DNA from: Heptranchias perlo
Taxonomy: Eukaryota
Direction: 5' to 3'
DNA length: 64,000 bases
Assembly (NCBI RefSeq): GCF_035084215.1
Contig: NW_027139623.1
Coordinates: 930,001 to 994,000, forward strand
Of this stretch, positions 25,710 to 38,049 are shown piece after piece. The position numbers and the translations under genes were made by a program. The notes below the pieces were generated by a model. The model was not told where the DNA came from, did not search any database, and was given only the letters and a program-made list of their open reading frames with translations. Positions within the stretch are counted from its first letter, which is position 1. Every line of letters starts with the position of its first letter.

Positions 25710-26960
25710 TTAACATAGAAACATAGCAAAAAGGAGCAAGGGTAGGCCATTCGGCCCTTCGGGCCTGCTCCACCCTTCAAAATGATCATGGTTGATCATC
25801 TAACTCAGTACCCTGTTCCCGCTTTTTCCCCATATCCATTGATCCCTTTAGCATTAAGAAATATATCTATCTCCTTCTTGAATACATCTAATGACTTGGC
25901 CTCCACTGCCTTCTGTGGTGGAGAATTCCAAAAATTCCCCACCCTCTGAATGAAGAATTTTCTCCTCATCTCGGTTCTAAATGGCATATCCCGTATCCTG
26001 AGACTGTAACCCCTGGTTCTGGACTCCCCAGCTATCGGGAACATCCTCCTTGCATCTAGTATGTTTAGTCCTGTTAGAATTTTATATGTTTCGATGAGAT
26101 CACCTCTCATTCTTCTAAACTCTAGTGAATATAGGCCTAGTCGACCCAATCTCTCCTCATACGTCAGTCCTGCCATCCCAGGAATCAGTCTGATAAACCT
26201 TCGTTGCACTCCCTCGATGGCAAGGACATCCTTCCTCAGATAAGGAGACCAAAACTGCACACAATACTCCAAATGTAGTCTCACCAAGGTCCTATATAAC
26301 ATCCCTGATCCTGTACTCAAATCCTCTTGCAATGAAGGCCAACATACCATTCGCCTTCCTAACTGCTTGCTGCACCTGAATGCTCACTTTCAGCGACTGA
26401 TGTACAAGGACAACCAGGTCTCATTGCACCTCACCTTTTCCCAATCTATCACCATTCAGACAATAATCTGCCTTTCTGTTTTTACAACCAAAGCGGATAA
26501 ATTCACATTTATCCACGTTATACTGCATCTGCTATGTTCTTGCCTACTCATTCAACTTGTCTCGAACACATTGGAACCTCTTTGCATCCTCCTCACAGCT
26601 CATATTCCGCCCAGCTTTGTGTCATCTGCAAACTTGGAAATGTTACATTGAGTTCTCTCATCCAGTTCATTGATATATATTGTGAATAGCTGGGGCCCAA
26701 GCACTGATCCCTGCGGTACCACACTGGTCACTGCCTGCCACCCGGAAAATGACCCGGTTATTCCTACTTTCTGTTTCCTGTCTGTCAACCAATTCTCAAT
26801 CCATGCCAGTATATTCCCCCCAATCCCATGTGCTTTAATTTTGCACACTAACCTCTTTGGTGGGACCTTATCAAAAGCCTTCTGAAAATCCAAATACAAC
26901 ACATCCACTGGTTCTCCCCTATCTATTCTACTAGTTACAGCCTCAACAACCTTTAAAGTG
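25710..26960 (-). mobile_element. Relatively well-preserved CR1 LINE ORF2 3' part
   Basis: LDFQKAFDKV, PQGSVLGP, KFADD, RRMRGDLIETYK motifs. Confidence 0.92.
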
Positions 26961-27429
26961 CTATCCAATTAGTCCCAGCCGCCTGCACTTTGTCCATAGT
27001 CCTGCATGTTTTTTTCCCCGTTAAAGTATTTACCCAATTCCATTTTGAAAGTTACAAATAGAGTTGCAGTAACAGACTGATTCTCGGGCATTCATTTATT
27101 AATAAAATTGAATTCAATTCTGTTAAAATACATGCAGAGATGGAATCCCACCTTGTGTCTCCTGTATTTGATATAAGGCGACTTATATACAAACTGATTG
27201 GGAGAAATAGGAGGATATAATCAGCATCTTAATCGTGTATTATGCTGCAAATTTAACTGGGCCTTGAAACCAAACTAATTTATTTCTGAATCCAAATTAT
27301 TAAAGTTATTAAATGACGTTGAAACCACAAGATCTAATTGACATTTTCACGAGAAAGAAATCTATTTGTTCCAGTTTCCACCATTCATTTATCTAAAATG
27401 TCAAGTCACCTTGTAGCTCGGTTGGAAAT

Positions 27430-28260
27430 GTAGTCAACTTGAAATTGTAGTAAGCAGTGAGGAGGATAGTGGCAGACTTCAGACAGACTGGTAATAAAAT
27501 GGGCAGAAACATGGCAGATGACATTTAATACAGAGAAGTGTGAAGAGATGCATTTTGGGAGGAAGAATGCAACGAGGCAATATTAACCATATGGTGCAAT
27601 TTTAAAGGTTTTGCAGAAACAGAGAGACCTGGGGGTGTATGTACACAAATCATGAAAGGTGGCAGTACAAGTTAATAGATCTGTTCAAAAAAATTATAGG
27701 ATCGATGGCTTCAAAAATAGACATTTACCTGACGAAGGAGGAAGCCTCCGAAAGCTTGTAGATTTCAAATAAAAATTGTTGGACTATAACTTGGTGTTGT
27801 AAAATTGTTTACAATTGTCAACCCCAGTCCATCACCGGCATCTCCACATCATTTAAAAATAGAGGCAGAGAGAAAAGAAGCAAAGAGGTTATGCTAAACA
27901 TTTATAAATCATTGGTTTGACCGCAGCTGAAGTGCTGCGTCCAATTCTGGGCACTACATTGTTGGAAGGCGGTCAAGACCTTACAGAGGGAGCAGTGGAA
28001 ATTTATTGGAATGATACCAAGGATAGGGAACGTCAATTAATTGGAGAGACTAGAGACTCTGGAATTGTTCTCCTTAGAGCAGAGAAAGTTAAACGGTGAT
28101 TTAATAGAGGTGTTCAAAATCATGAAGGGTTTTGATAGAGTAAATAAGGGGAATATATTTGCACTGGCAGAAGAGTCGGTAGCCAAAAGGTACTGATTGA
28201 AATGAATTGGCAAAAGAACCAGAGGCGAGATGAGGAGAATTTGTTTTTGCAGTGAGGTCT
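27430..28260 (+). mobile_element. CR1 LINE 3' fragment interrupted by a PLE insertion
   Basis: Degenerate CR1 ORF2 C-terminal sequence on both sides of 27722-27854. Confidence 0.75.
27722..27854 (+). mobile_element. Penelope-like insertion with hammerhead at 27724-27762; 9-bp TSD aaaaataga
   Basis: TTTAC-CTGACGA-A-GGAGGaagCCTCC-GAAA-GCTT-GTAGA; TSD at 27713-27721 and 27855-27863. Confidence 0.8.
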
Positions 28261-28759
28261 ATCGAGATGTCTGTTTGCAAATAATCCCAATAATCCATAG
28301 TCAGTATCAAAATGTGCCTTTGTGCCTATTGACACAAAACAGCGTGAAAAGTTCTTCAAAATGTACAAAAGCCCCGTTTTGGGACTGAATGAAACCGTCA
28401 CTGAAAGATAAAGGAAAGCAGCTGGGTTGGGTGTGTGTCCAAACATTGTGCATTTTTACAGATTCCCACATCTCAACACCACAGAAATGCAATAGAAGTG
28501 TCGGAGCTCTATTATGGGATGGATGGATGGATGCATTAACGGTGGGAATTGATATGGAAACATTGGAGATTAAAAGCTTCATGCTGATCCCAACGGGCAA
28601 CTGCAGCACTGAGTTTATTGAAGGACATTAGTCTCCACCCACTCTACAGATCTATATCTCAGTGATATGGTCATACTGAAAGAGGAAGTGGAGTCTAAAT
28701 AATGAGAAACGAATGGTGTTTGAATTCACTGTAAACTGGTACTTTTACAGACACTTTAC

Positions 28760-28792
28760 TGACTGTCACGAATATCACAAAATGAGTGTCAT
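28760..28792 (-). pseudogene. Leader exon copy B, frameshifted (MTLIL*)
   Basis: Homologous module with A|GTAAAG donor; its promoter is split by a CR1 insertion. Confidence 0.5.
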
Positions 28793-28844
28793 CGCTTTGG
28801 AGGGCAAGATCCAAGATGAATAAGTAATGAATTTTAAAATATTA

Positions 28845-29625
28845 TGCAATACATTTTGGTCAGAGGAGTAAGGAGGCCACGTATTCCTTGGAAAATAAGA
28901 ATCAAAATGGGGTATAGGAGCGAAGGAATCCTGGGGTACAGATTTACAAATCATTAACAATAGCAAAGAAAGTTAACAAGACCATAAAAAGCAAACACAG
29001 CACTGGGGTTCATTTCTATAACAATAGAATTGAAAAGCAGAGACATTATTTTAAACTTATACAGAACCTTAGTTGGACCACGCTTAGATAACTGTGCTGA
29101 GTTCTGGTCGCCACATTTAAAAAAAGACGGATGCAGAGGCACTGGAGAAGGTGCAAAAAAGATTCACAAGAATGAAACCAGAACTGAGTGGTTACGCCCA
29201 TCAGGAAAGATTGAACATGCTGGGGATCTTTTCTCTAGAAAAGAGAAGGCTGAGGGGTGACATGATAGAGGTTTTGAAAATTATAAAGTGGTTCGATAGG
29301 GTAATCGTAGAGAAGACATTCCCACTTGTGAGACAGTTCAAATCCAGGAGCCTAAATATAGAATAGTCACAATAAATCCAACAGGAGAAACTTCTTTACC
29401 CAGAGAGTGGTGAGAATGTGAAACTTGATGCATCATGGAGTAATTGGGGCGAATAGTATAGATGCCTTTAAGGGCAAATTATATAGGTACATGAGAGATA
29501 AAGGTGTTGGAGGATATGCTGATAGGGTTAGATGATATAGGGGGCGAGACTCGCGTCGAACATAAACACCGGCACAGACCAATTACGCCGAATGGCCTGT
29601 TTCCATGCTGTAAATTCGATATAAC
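28845..29625 (+). mobile_element. CR1 LINE 3' fragment
   Basis: LYRTLVGPRL..FWSP and FSLEKRRLRGDMIE motifs. Confidence 0.85.
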
Positions 29626-30229
29626 ATCAGACTGAAGTTAGCAGTGAGAGCAAATACATCAAACCGAAAACTGTGGTTAAACATTTTGAATGTAAATTCA
29701 CTGTCAATCTTTCTGATATGCTTTCAACCGAAAGTTAATTAACACCAATATTAAAGGTGTAGTAACAGAATTATTCATGGGCATTGATTTATTAATAAAA
29801 TTCAATTCTAGTCACTTAAAATACATAGACATATTTAATATTGCAACTAACATCTCCTAAGCTATGAATAAGGAGATGTATTTAGGGACAGCATTCGATC
29901 AGAATAGGAGAAAGCAGAGGAAACAAACAGTCTCACGGCAAGAGGAGGACAATGCCTCAGGAAACTGACCATTCACAATTTCAGCTGGTTTGGGGCCCGG
30001 AATCGAAGTTGGACAGTCAGCTCTTTATTCCGAATAAGGTCAAGGGATCAGGAGGTGGGTCTAATGGGCAAGCTCAGCTCGGAAAGTACATGCGTGGAGA
30101 TCGGAGGGAAACTAGAAAAAGGCTCAGGATCAGGGCTGGGTGATTGGAGAGCCTTAGGAGTGGTTGGGCTTGGTGATATTGGGAATTGTGGGATGCAGCA
30201 GAGGCACCTGAATGGATGGTCTTAATCTT

Positions 30230-31960
30230 AGTGACTTCGGTTATGTGGAGAAACTGGAAAAACTGGGATTGTTCTCCTGAGAGCAGAGAAGGTTAAGTGG
30301 AGATTTAATAGGTGTGTACAAAATTATGAAGGGTTTTGATCGAGTATGAAGGGAGAAACTGGTTCCACTGGCAGGAGGGTCGAGAATCAGAGGATACAGA
30401 TTAAAGTTAATTGGCAAAAGAACCAGAAGGAGATGAGGATAAATTTTGTTCCGCCAAAAATTGTTCTGATCTGGAATGGTGGTGAAGCAGATTCAATAGT
30501 AACTTTCAAAAGCGAATTGGATAGAAACTTGAAAAGGGAAAAAATGCAGAGCGATGGTGAAAGAACAGGAGAATGGGATTAATTTGACAGCTCATTTAAA
30601 TGCTGTCACATTCATGACGAGCCGAAAGGCCTTCCTCTGTGCTGTAAGACTTCATGAAGTTCACTAGGTCCTCGTATTTGTTGTTGGAGGAGAGTGTGGA
30701 GGGGGCTGGGAAAGAGATTTATGGAGATTGTGTGTTGTGGGCAAAAGAAGCTGGAGGTTATCTTTGGTCCCCAGGGTCATTCTGGAGCAGCAGGCGGTTT
30801 TCAGAGAGGACATAGTGCTTGTTCTAATTCTGGGTCAGCCATATCTGGTGATGGATGGCTAAACCAGTGGTGATCCAGATATGCTCAAGTCTGCACCCCT
30901 TGGAATTAAACCAGCAGGAACGATCAGGATAGAAGAGAGTAAACGTTTTACTCGGGGCAAAGGCATCAACGGTTGAAGAACGGGAGTGGTTGAGAAGTTC
31001 CACAGCCGCAGAAGTATGATGACAAATGGCGGGTCAAAGTCTAGGCAACAGAGAGTGTGAAAGTGTTTATTCCAAAGTTGGAACGCAGAAGTAATTTGAT
31101 TTGAAGTAAGTAAGGAGATGTAGATTATGATGGTTGCAAGGAAGTGACCGAGGCCTTGGCAGTGTACAACTCTGGGCACCACACTTTAGGAAGGATGTCA
31201 AGGTCTTGGAGAGGGTAAAGAGGACATTTACCCGGATGATACCAGGGATGAGGGACTTCAGTAATGTGGAGAGATTGGAGAAGCTGGGGTTGTTCTCCTT
31301 AGAGCAGGTAAATGTAAAGGCAGACCTAATAGAGGTATTCAAAATAATGAGGGGCTTTGATAGATCAAGTAGAGTGAAATTGTTTCCGCTGGCAAGTGGT
31401 CTGTAACCAGAGGTCACAGATTTCAAATAGTTGGCAAAAGAACTAGAGGGAAATGAGGAGAAATGTTTACATAAAGAGGTTTGCGAAGATCTGGAACACA
31501 CTACCTGAAAGGGTGATGGAAGCAGATTCCATCGGAACTTTCAAAGGGCAATTGAACATGTACTTGAAGGGGACTAATTTGCAGGGTTATGAAGAAAATA
31601 ATTCGGGTGTGTTACTAATTTGGATTGCTCGTTCAAGGAGCCAGCATAGACTCGACGGCCGAAAGGCCTCCTCCCAAGTTGTAAGATTCTATGATTCTAT
31701 GTTTCTTGTCAACTTGAAATTTTAGTAAGCAATGAGAAGGTTGTTGGCAGAGCTCAGGAGGACATTGGTAGATTGGTGAAAAGGGGAAACACGTGGCAGA
31801 TGACATTTAATGTAGAGAAGTGTAAAGTGATGTATTTTGGAAAGAAGAGTGAGAAGAGGCAATATAACCTAAATGATCAAATTGCACAGCGGGAGCATTA
31901 ACAGAGAGACCTGCGGATTCACATTCACAAATCTTTGAAGGTGGTAGTTGGAGATTAAAC
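30230..31960 (+). mobile_element. Cluster of CR1 3' fragments (about 30230-30660, 31150-31700, 31710-31960)
   Basis: QLWAPHFRKDV and LGLFSLE motifs; attctatg tail at 31686-31701. Confidence 0.75.
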
Positions 31961-32218
31961 GGTAAATGCCGACCCTCCTGCCAGTGGAAACAGTCTCTCC
32001 CCAACTACTCGATTGAAACCTTTCATTATATTTTTCTGAGCAACGGTCAGCAGTAGCACTGTGTTTGTTGAAGGACATTAGTCTCCACCCACTGTGCAGA
32101 TCTATATCTCTGTGATGTGGTCAATTGCAGCATACTGAAGGAGGAGGTGGAGTCTAAATAATGAGAACAGAATGGTGTTTGAACTCACTGGGAACCGATA
32201 CTTTTACAAACAGTTTAC

Positions 32219-32279
32219 TCATTGTTACAAATGTCACAATTCGGGTGAACGGTATGGAAGGAGGAAGTAAATTGAACAT
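32219..32279 (-). CDS. Leader exon copy C, best candidate first coding exon: MFNLLPPSIPFTRIVTFVTM
   Basis: In-frame ATG, 61 bp, phase-1 GTAAAC donor; joined to the mini-exon it gives a hydrophobic core IVTFVTMIVFGA. Confidence 0.55.
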
Positions 32280-35200
32280 GAATAAGTAAAGAATCTGAAA
32301 ATATTGCAGGCAGAATTTAACAGTGATATCAAACACTTAGAACGGAAGCCAATGGTTTCAGTTCAGAAGCGCTTCACCTCGGACAAAGAGGAAGTTTAAC
32401 CGCTGACAGTAAGGACAGTCAGCAGAACAAGAGTGTGTTTAAACACACTGAATGAAAATTCATTGTGCCAATCTTTCTGATTTTCTTCCAACCGATGGTT
32501 ATATTCATTAATTCTTTGAAAGCAACCACTATTAGAGGTGCAGTAACAGATATATTCTCAGGCATTCATTTATTAATAAAATACAATTCAAGAGACTTAA
32601 AATGAATAAAAATATTTAATATTGCAACTAACATCTTCGAAGCTTTCATTAAGGGGATCTATTTAGGGACAACACTCAAACAGAATGGGAACCCCTGACA
32701 GTAAGAACATTGTAGCAGAACCAAGAATGTGTTGAAATATATTCAATGAAAATACATTGTGGCAATCTTTCTGATAGGCTTTTAACCGAGTAATTAATTA
32801 ATTCTTTGAAATCCACCCCTAATAGTGGTGCAGGAGCACACTGATTATCAGGCATTCATTTATTCATAAAATTGAATTGAATTCACTTGAAATTGATAGA
32901 GATGTTTAATATTCCACCTAATATCTCCTAAGCTAGCAATAAGGGGATATATTAGATTGTGCCCCCTTGTTCTCCATTTCACCATCATAACTGAATAAGG
33001 TTTATCGAGAGGTGTAAATTTGTAACTAATTCCATTAATCCCTGGTAATTATCAATAGGTGCCCTTGGGTCTATTTACACAAAACAGCATGAAAAGTTGG
33101 AGATAAGGGGTTAATGCTGAGCCCAACTTGCAGCTGCAGCACTGTGTTTATTGAGGAACATTAGTCTCCACCCACTGTGTAGATCTGTATCTTAGTGACA
33201 TGGTCAATTCTAGCACACTGAAGGAGGAAGTGGAGTTAAAATAAAATCCTCGAGCTGAATGTCGCCTGAATTATTCACCAGAAACATTTAGTTGTACAGA
33301 CAGTACACACGCGCTCATAAATATCACAAAACCCCTAAAATCGAGATGCAAGATGGAATAGAGAATGAAAAATAAGCAAGCAAACTGAAAATGGCCAGTA
33401 CTGAAGAGAACAGGAAGAGCAGTTGGCTTCATGGCGGAAGAAAGCGGTTTCAACTCAGAGGAGGGTGAGTTCAAAGAAAGAGGAACTTAACCTCTGACAG
33501 AGGGAACAATGTCTCAACACCAACGGAATAACTAAAAATATATTTACTAGATTATCCACTGAATGTGTTAAAATGTTTCTTCTCCCCTTTTTTCTCTCTA
33601 TCTCCCCCAAAGACGTGTATTCACGAAGGGAGTTGCTCACGGCCGCCCTCCAATACCCCACCGCATTATCTGCTCATGTCTGAGTGCAGGGGGTTGATTG
33701 ACCTGAGGTCAGCCGTGGTGACCCCTGTCGAACTGCACCCTCCTAACGCGCATGCTCACTTCCAAGCATGGAACATTTCGTATCAGAGAATCAGAGAAGG
33801 TTACTGCACGGCAGGAGGTCATTCGGCCCATCGAGTCCGTGCTGGCTCTATGCATGAGCAATCCATCTAGTCCCACTGCCCCGCCAAAAATAGCAGGGCT
33901 CGTTCGAGATCAATTAAGATGCGATAAGGCGACACTTGGCCGATATTTCATTCAATGGCTTTGTGGCACTGAGCCCACTGGTATCGCCCCCACTCCACCC
34001 CGCCCCTCCCCCGCCCACCTTGATAGAGATCAGCAAACTCAGCGGATGTCGATCGTGGAATTTTCCTTTTATATACATCTTACTCCTACACTGTAGACAG
34101 TAACTGGGCAATCGGGAGACCAATATCTCCCCTTTTCAGCCCGTCTCAAGGCGCCTCACGGGAGCGTTATCAAACAAAATGTGACACCGAGCCACTGAAG
34201 GAGATATTAGCTCAGGTGACCAACAGTTGGTCAAAGCTGTAGGTTTTAACAAACAGATTCTCATAGATTCAATTGTCAAAGAAAAACTCGATCCGAGATA
34301 CTTTAATACCGATATGAAGAGAGATTGTCCCCTCACCGTTACACTCCCCTCACCGTTACCCGCAGAGAATTCAGCACAAGCAAGCAACCGCTCTGAATGC
34401 TTTCCAATGCAGAAGGCTCCACACCAAATTATGAGATACCGGAGTTCGGACACCGCCGGGTTCAGTCTCACTCTCCCGCTTACAGTTGCCCACTCAAACC
34501 GGGAATTGGTATAAAATTGTTTCACGACTCACCAAACAGCAATAAAAAGGCGATTGTATCCATTTTCGAAGAAGTGCTACTTTGAGGCATGAGAGCTGTA
34601 AGGAACGGCGACTGAATCACTTGCTCCACCTCACAGAAGGACAAACCCGGAAGGGTTGAGAGACTGAGAGCGGATACAGAGGCTGCGTGGGAATGAGTTG
34701 GTCCCCACAATTGAAGCAACAACACAGAGTTTTGTACAACCTGAAATAAGATGGGGTTTGGAACATTGCAATGATCTAACATGGCCGCCTTTGACTATTA
34801 GACGGTGATCATAGGATGAAGGGATTAGAATGGACCATTTACCCAGAACAACAGCGTAAATCATTTGTGTTTAGTTGGAACGATTGCTCCCATCATGGTC
34901 AGGATCTCTATTACTGGGAAGGGACCGTGTCCCACTTCAGACACTCGGTGTCAGCATCAAGCACCCAAAATTCAGGCGCAGGAAAATGTAACAACAAAGT
35001 GCCTCAACCCAAACCTCAGGAGAGCTACTGTATCGATTATTGCTTTTCTATTTCCCAAAACAGCCCTCCCGTTGGCTAGTTTAGCGAGGTGTTGTCCGCA
35101 TTACATTACAGACGATTAAAAATAAAACTGGAACATCCAAACCCGGCAGCAATTTAGTTCCACGGAAGTCTGGTATAATGAATGTAGATGGATATGTTCA

Positions 35201-36659
35201 ATGTGACTCTGATATTGAGTTGGTTTACTATCTCATATCCCCCTGGTAACGACTGTGAGAAAGAAAATACCACTTCCAGCTTTCTCCAACCGCCAATTTC
35301 AAACCGTTTATCGATAATGGAACCAAAACACAGCGCTCCGCACAAACCCTGACAGACTCGGGATTCATATTCAAGGATTCCCAGAAACACGGAGCTTTTA
35401 AATAAACCCCGTTACAATTAACAGTCAGTAATATTCCTGCCTAAATACAGTCCCTGCTCTCACAAGTCAACCCGCCTTCTTCCATTTCAGTTCCAGACCC
35501 GATTCGATCTCCCTACACATCCCCTCCCAGACGGGTTCAGCAGTTTAAAAACACCTTATTCCAGCTGATTTGGAGAATCTCATGTGTTGGTGTTTGAGTT
35601 GTGACGCGGAGTTTCTCCGCCAGTGTTACAGTCTCACAGACACTCTCGCCCTGAATCTGTAAAAAGAAAATAACCGTGAACTGGGCCTGGAGCCGAACAC
35701 ATCCCCAGTTACAGTGAGGCCCGGACACCCCATTCTCAGTGTTTTATATCAGACAGTCTCCCACCTTCATGTTCAGCACTAGAGAGAGACAAACACACAC
35801 TGTCCGTCTCACACTTCCAATCGGTGTGTCTATATCACGCTTGCCAGCATTATCCAACCTACATACACAGCACCAGAGACAGACAGACAGACACGATGAG
35901 AGAGAGAGATAGAGAAAGCGGAGAGACAGAGACAGACAGACATACACAGTATCAGTTCCAGACTGACCTGTAAAGTTGCGTTTTATCCAGAAAGATCCCA
36001 TTGTTGAGAAAGAAGGTGCAGTCTCATCTCTCACTGTTATTGTACCAGAGACAGACACATTATTAATCCCACACTTCGGGACAGTGCAGAGAGTGAAAGA
36101 ACAATGGACGACATTTAACCCTCTTTTGCCTGTTCTACCATCTGCAGTTATGCAGCTCAGGGCCGTTCGGCATTATTCTCAGTAGAGCGAGAGTTTCACT
36201 CCGGTTAAATTAATCTATGACTTTTGCTGTCAGATATTAATCCGACACGGTCCCAACAAACACACCGACTCACTCTTTCCTCACATGTTTCTCCAGGATT
36301 GGTTTGAGAAATGCTCGCATCAGTTTTATCAGTAAAGAGTACGAGAATGAACAAAATCCAGAGACCCATTTCAGAGCCGCCCACTTTATCTCTGAAAGAC
36401 TCTTTACCATCAGAAGATTCTGAGAGAAACAGCAGGGATGGAAACATCTAGTTTAATAGTTAGAGATTGTAAAGTCAGTCTGGATTCCAGCGTTAGGCAC
36501 TGGTGGAATCCCATCTGTTTTCCATTCTGGTGCCTGTTCCTGCACTGCCTGTGGACCCCATTCCCTCTGACCTTTCCCCCAGACCCACTTCCTTTGCTCA
36601 GACTCTGAAAAATTCCAATTGGGGAAAGTTTCCATCGATTTTTGTATTGGGAATTAAAC

Positions 36660-37056
36660 CAGATATCTGCGCATGCGTGACTCAGCCCCGCCCCCAGCGC
36701 TGGTCGTTGGTGAGCAGAAGAGCGCATGCGCGCTGCCCTCCCCCAGCTCGGCCTGTGGGCGCCATTCCCTCAGTGAGCGGAAGAAGATGGTTTAAAACAG
36801 CCGGGAATGGAGAGATCACGGCCCCCGGGGGAAGGGAGCAAAGAGCAGCCTCGTTACAGCAGCTCATCGCTTCGGGACCGTGTCCGCAGATGGGCTCAGA
36901 GATCGGCATTGAGTCCGGGGGAAGGTCAGGGGGAGTCCGGGGGCTGTTTGTAAGAGGCGGAGTGGATCAGGAACTGGTCCCGGAACATGGAGTGAGCGGG
37001 GGAAGGGAGAGGTCATTCTCGGGCTGTGTGTGTCCAGGGTGTGTCCAGGGTAAGGG
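36660..37056 (+). promoter_or_regulatory. CpG-island promoter/first-exon-like element, copy 1
   Basis: Two NRF1-type GCGCATGCG motifs, GC box, TGACTCA, CGGAAG, AAGATGG; donor-like GG|GTAAGG at about 37050. Confidence 0.6.
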
Positions 37057-38049
37057 GGACAGAATGGGAAGAACCTGATATTTAAAATCATTGCTGCTTT
37101 CTCTCCCCAAACCAGGAGTGAATGGTCCTGGTTTAGTTCCAGTCTCACCCTGTTTATTGTTATTGGACAGTGAAGAGTGGAAACAGAGCCGGACAGTAAG
37201 GATGTGGGGAGTTATACAAAGAGCATCAATTGCAGGCATTAGGTGAGAAGTGTGAAGGACACATTTTGAACAGCGGCTGTTTGGTTTCATTTGAACGGTT
37301 AGTCCCGTGGGAGAGGGGATTAGAATCCTGACCTGTACAAACGTCCCTGCCCCATCGGGTAGTCCCATTCATGTGTTAGTGGAGGGGTTGGGTTGTGTCT
37401 GGATGTCAATACATTGTTGTAAAACAGCCCAACAACCTGGTGTGCAGAAGCTGGGTGCTGCAGTACTGCAGTGGAGTCAGACACTGACACTGTTTGAATC
37501 GCTGATTTACATTTATGGATATTCAAAATAATTATTAACAGATATTAAACTGATCACTTCTGTATTTTCTTCATCACCTGTTCTTGAGTTACCAGACATA
37601 CGTTTCTTTCTACAGGCAAACCCTTGAAGGATCCATAATAAATGTGATGTTTCCTCCACCCGAGGCACAAGGAACAGTGCAGTCAGCTCCTTCTCACACA
37701 CAGTAAGTACATTATCACACACAGAGCACGGAGTCACAGACAGGTCAACAGTTCCACAGTCTCAGACAGCAGAAGTACTCAGTCCCACAATGATCCCAAG
37801 TTCCAGAGACACATTTTCAATCCACAGTCAAACAGAACAGGTGAGGCAGACACTGTTCCATTTCCCCCGAACTCAGTCCCGCTGACAGGGAGATACAAAA
37901 ATCCAAGTCCAAAATCACACTCTCAGATTGTCTATCTCACAAAGGGGCAACATTAGCCATGAATTAAATACCAGATAGAAATCACACATGGTACCCGATT
38001 GAAAGGTACAGAATGAATCCCAATAACGTTCCTCGAGATTCCTATTGAA

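Larger units (their letters stand above)
148..32279 (-). other. Gene span: multi-Ig-domain inhibitory immunoreceptor (LILR/FcR-like/LITR-like architecture) with ITIM+ITSM tail; possibly pseudogene or dependent on exon skipping
   Basis: 14 exons with canonical GT/AG and mutually compatible phases join as leader1-leader2-Ig1..Ig6-stalk-TM-4 cytoplasmic exons. Exact family needs a homology search. Confidence 0.85.
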
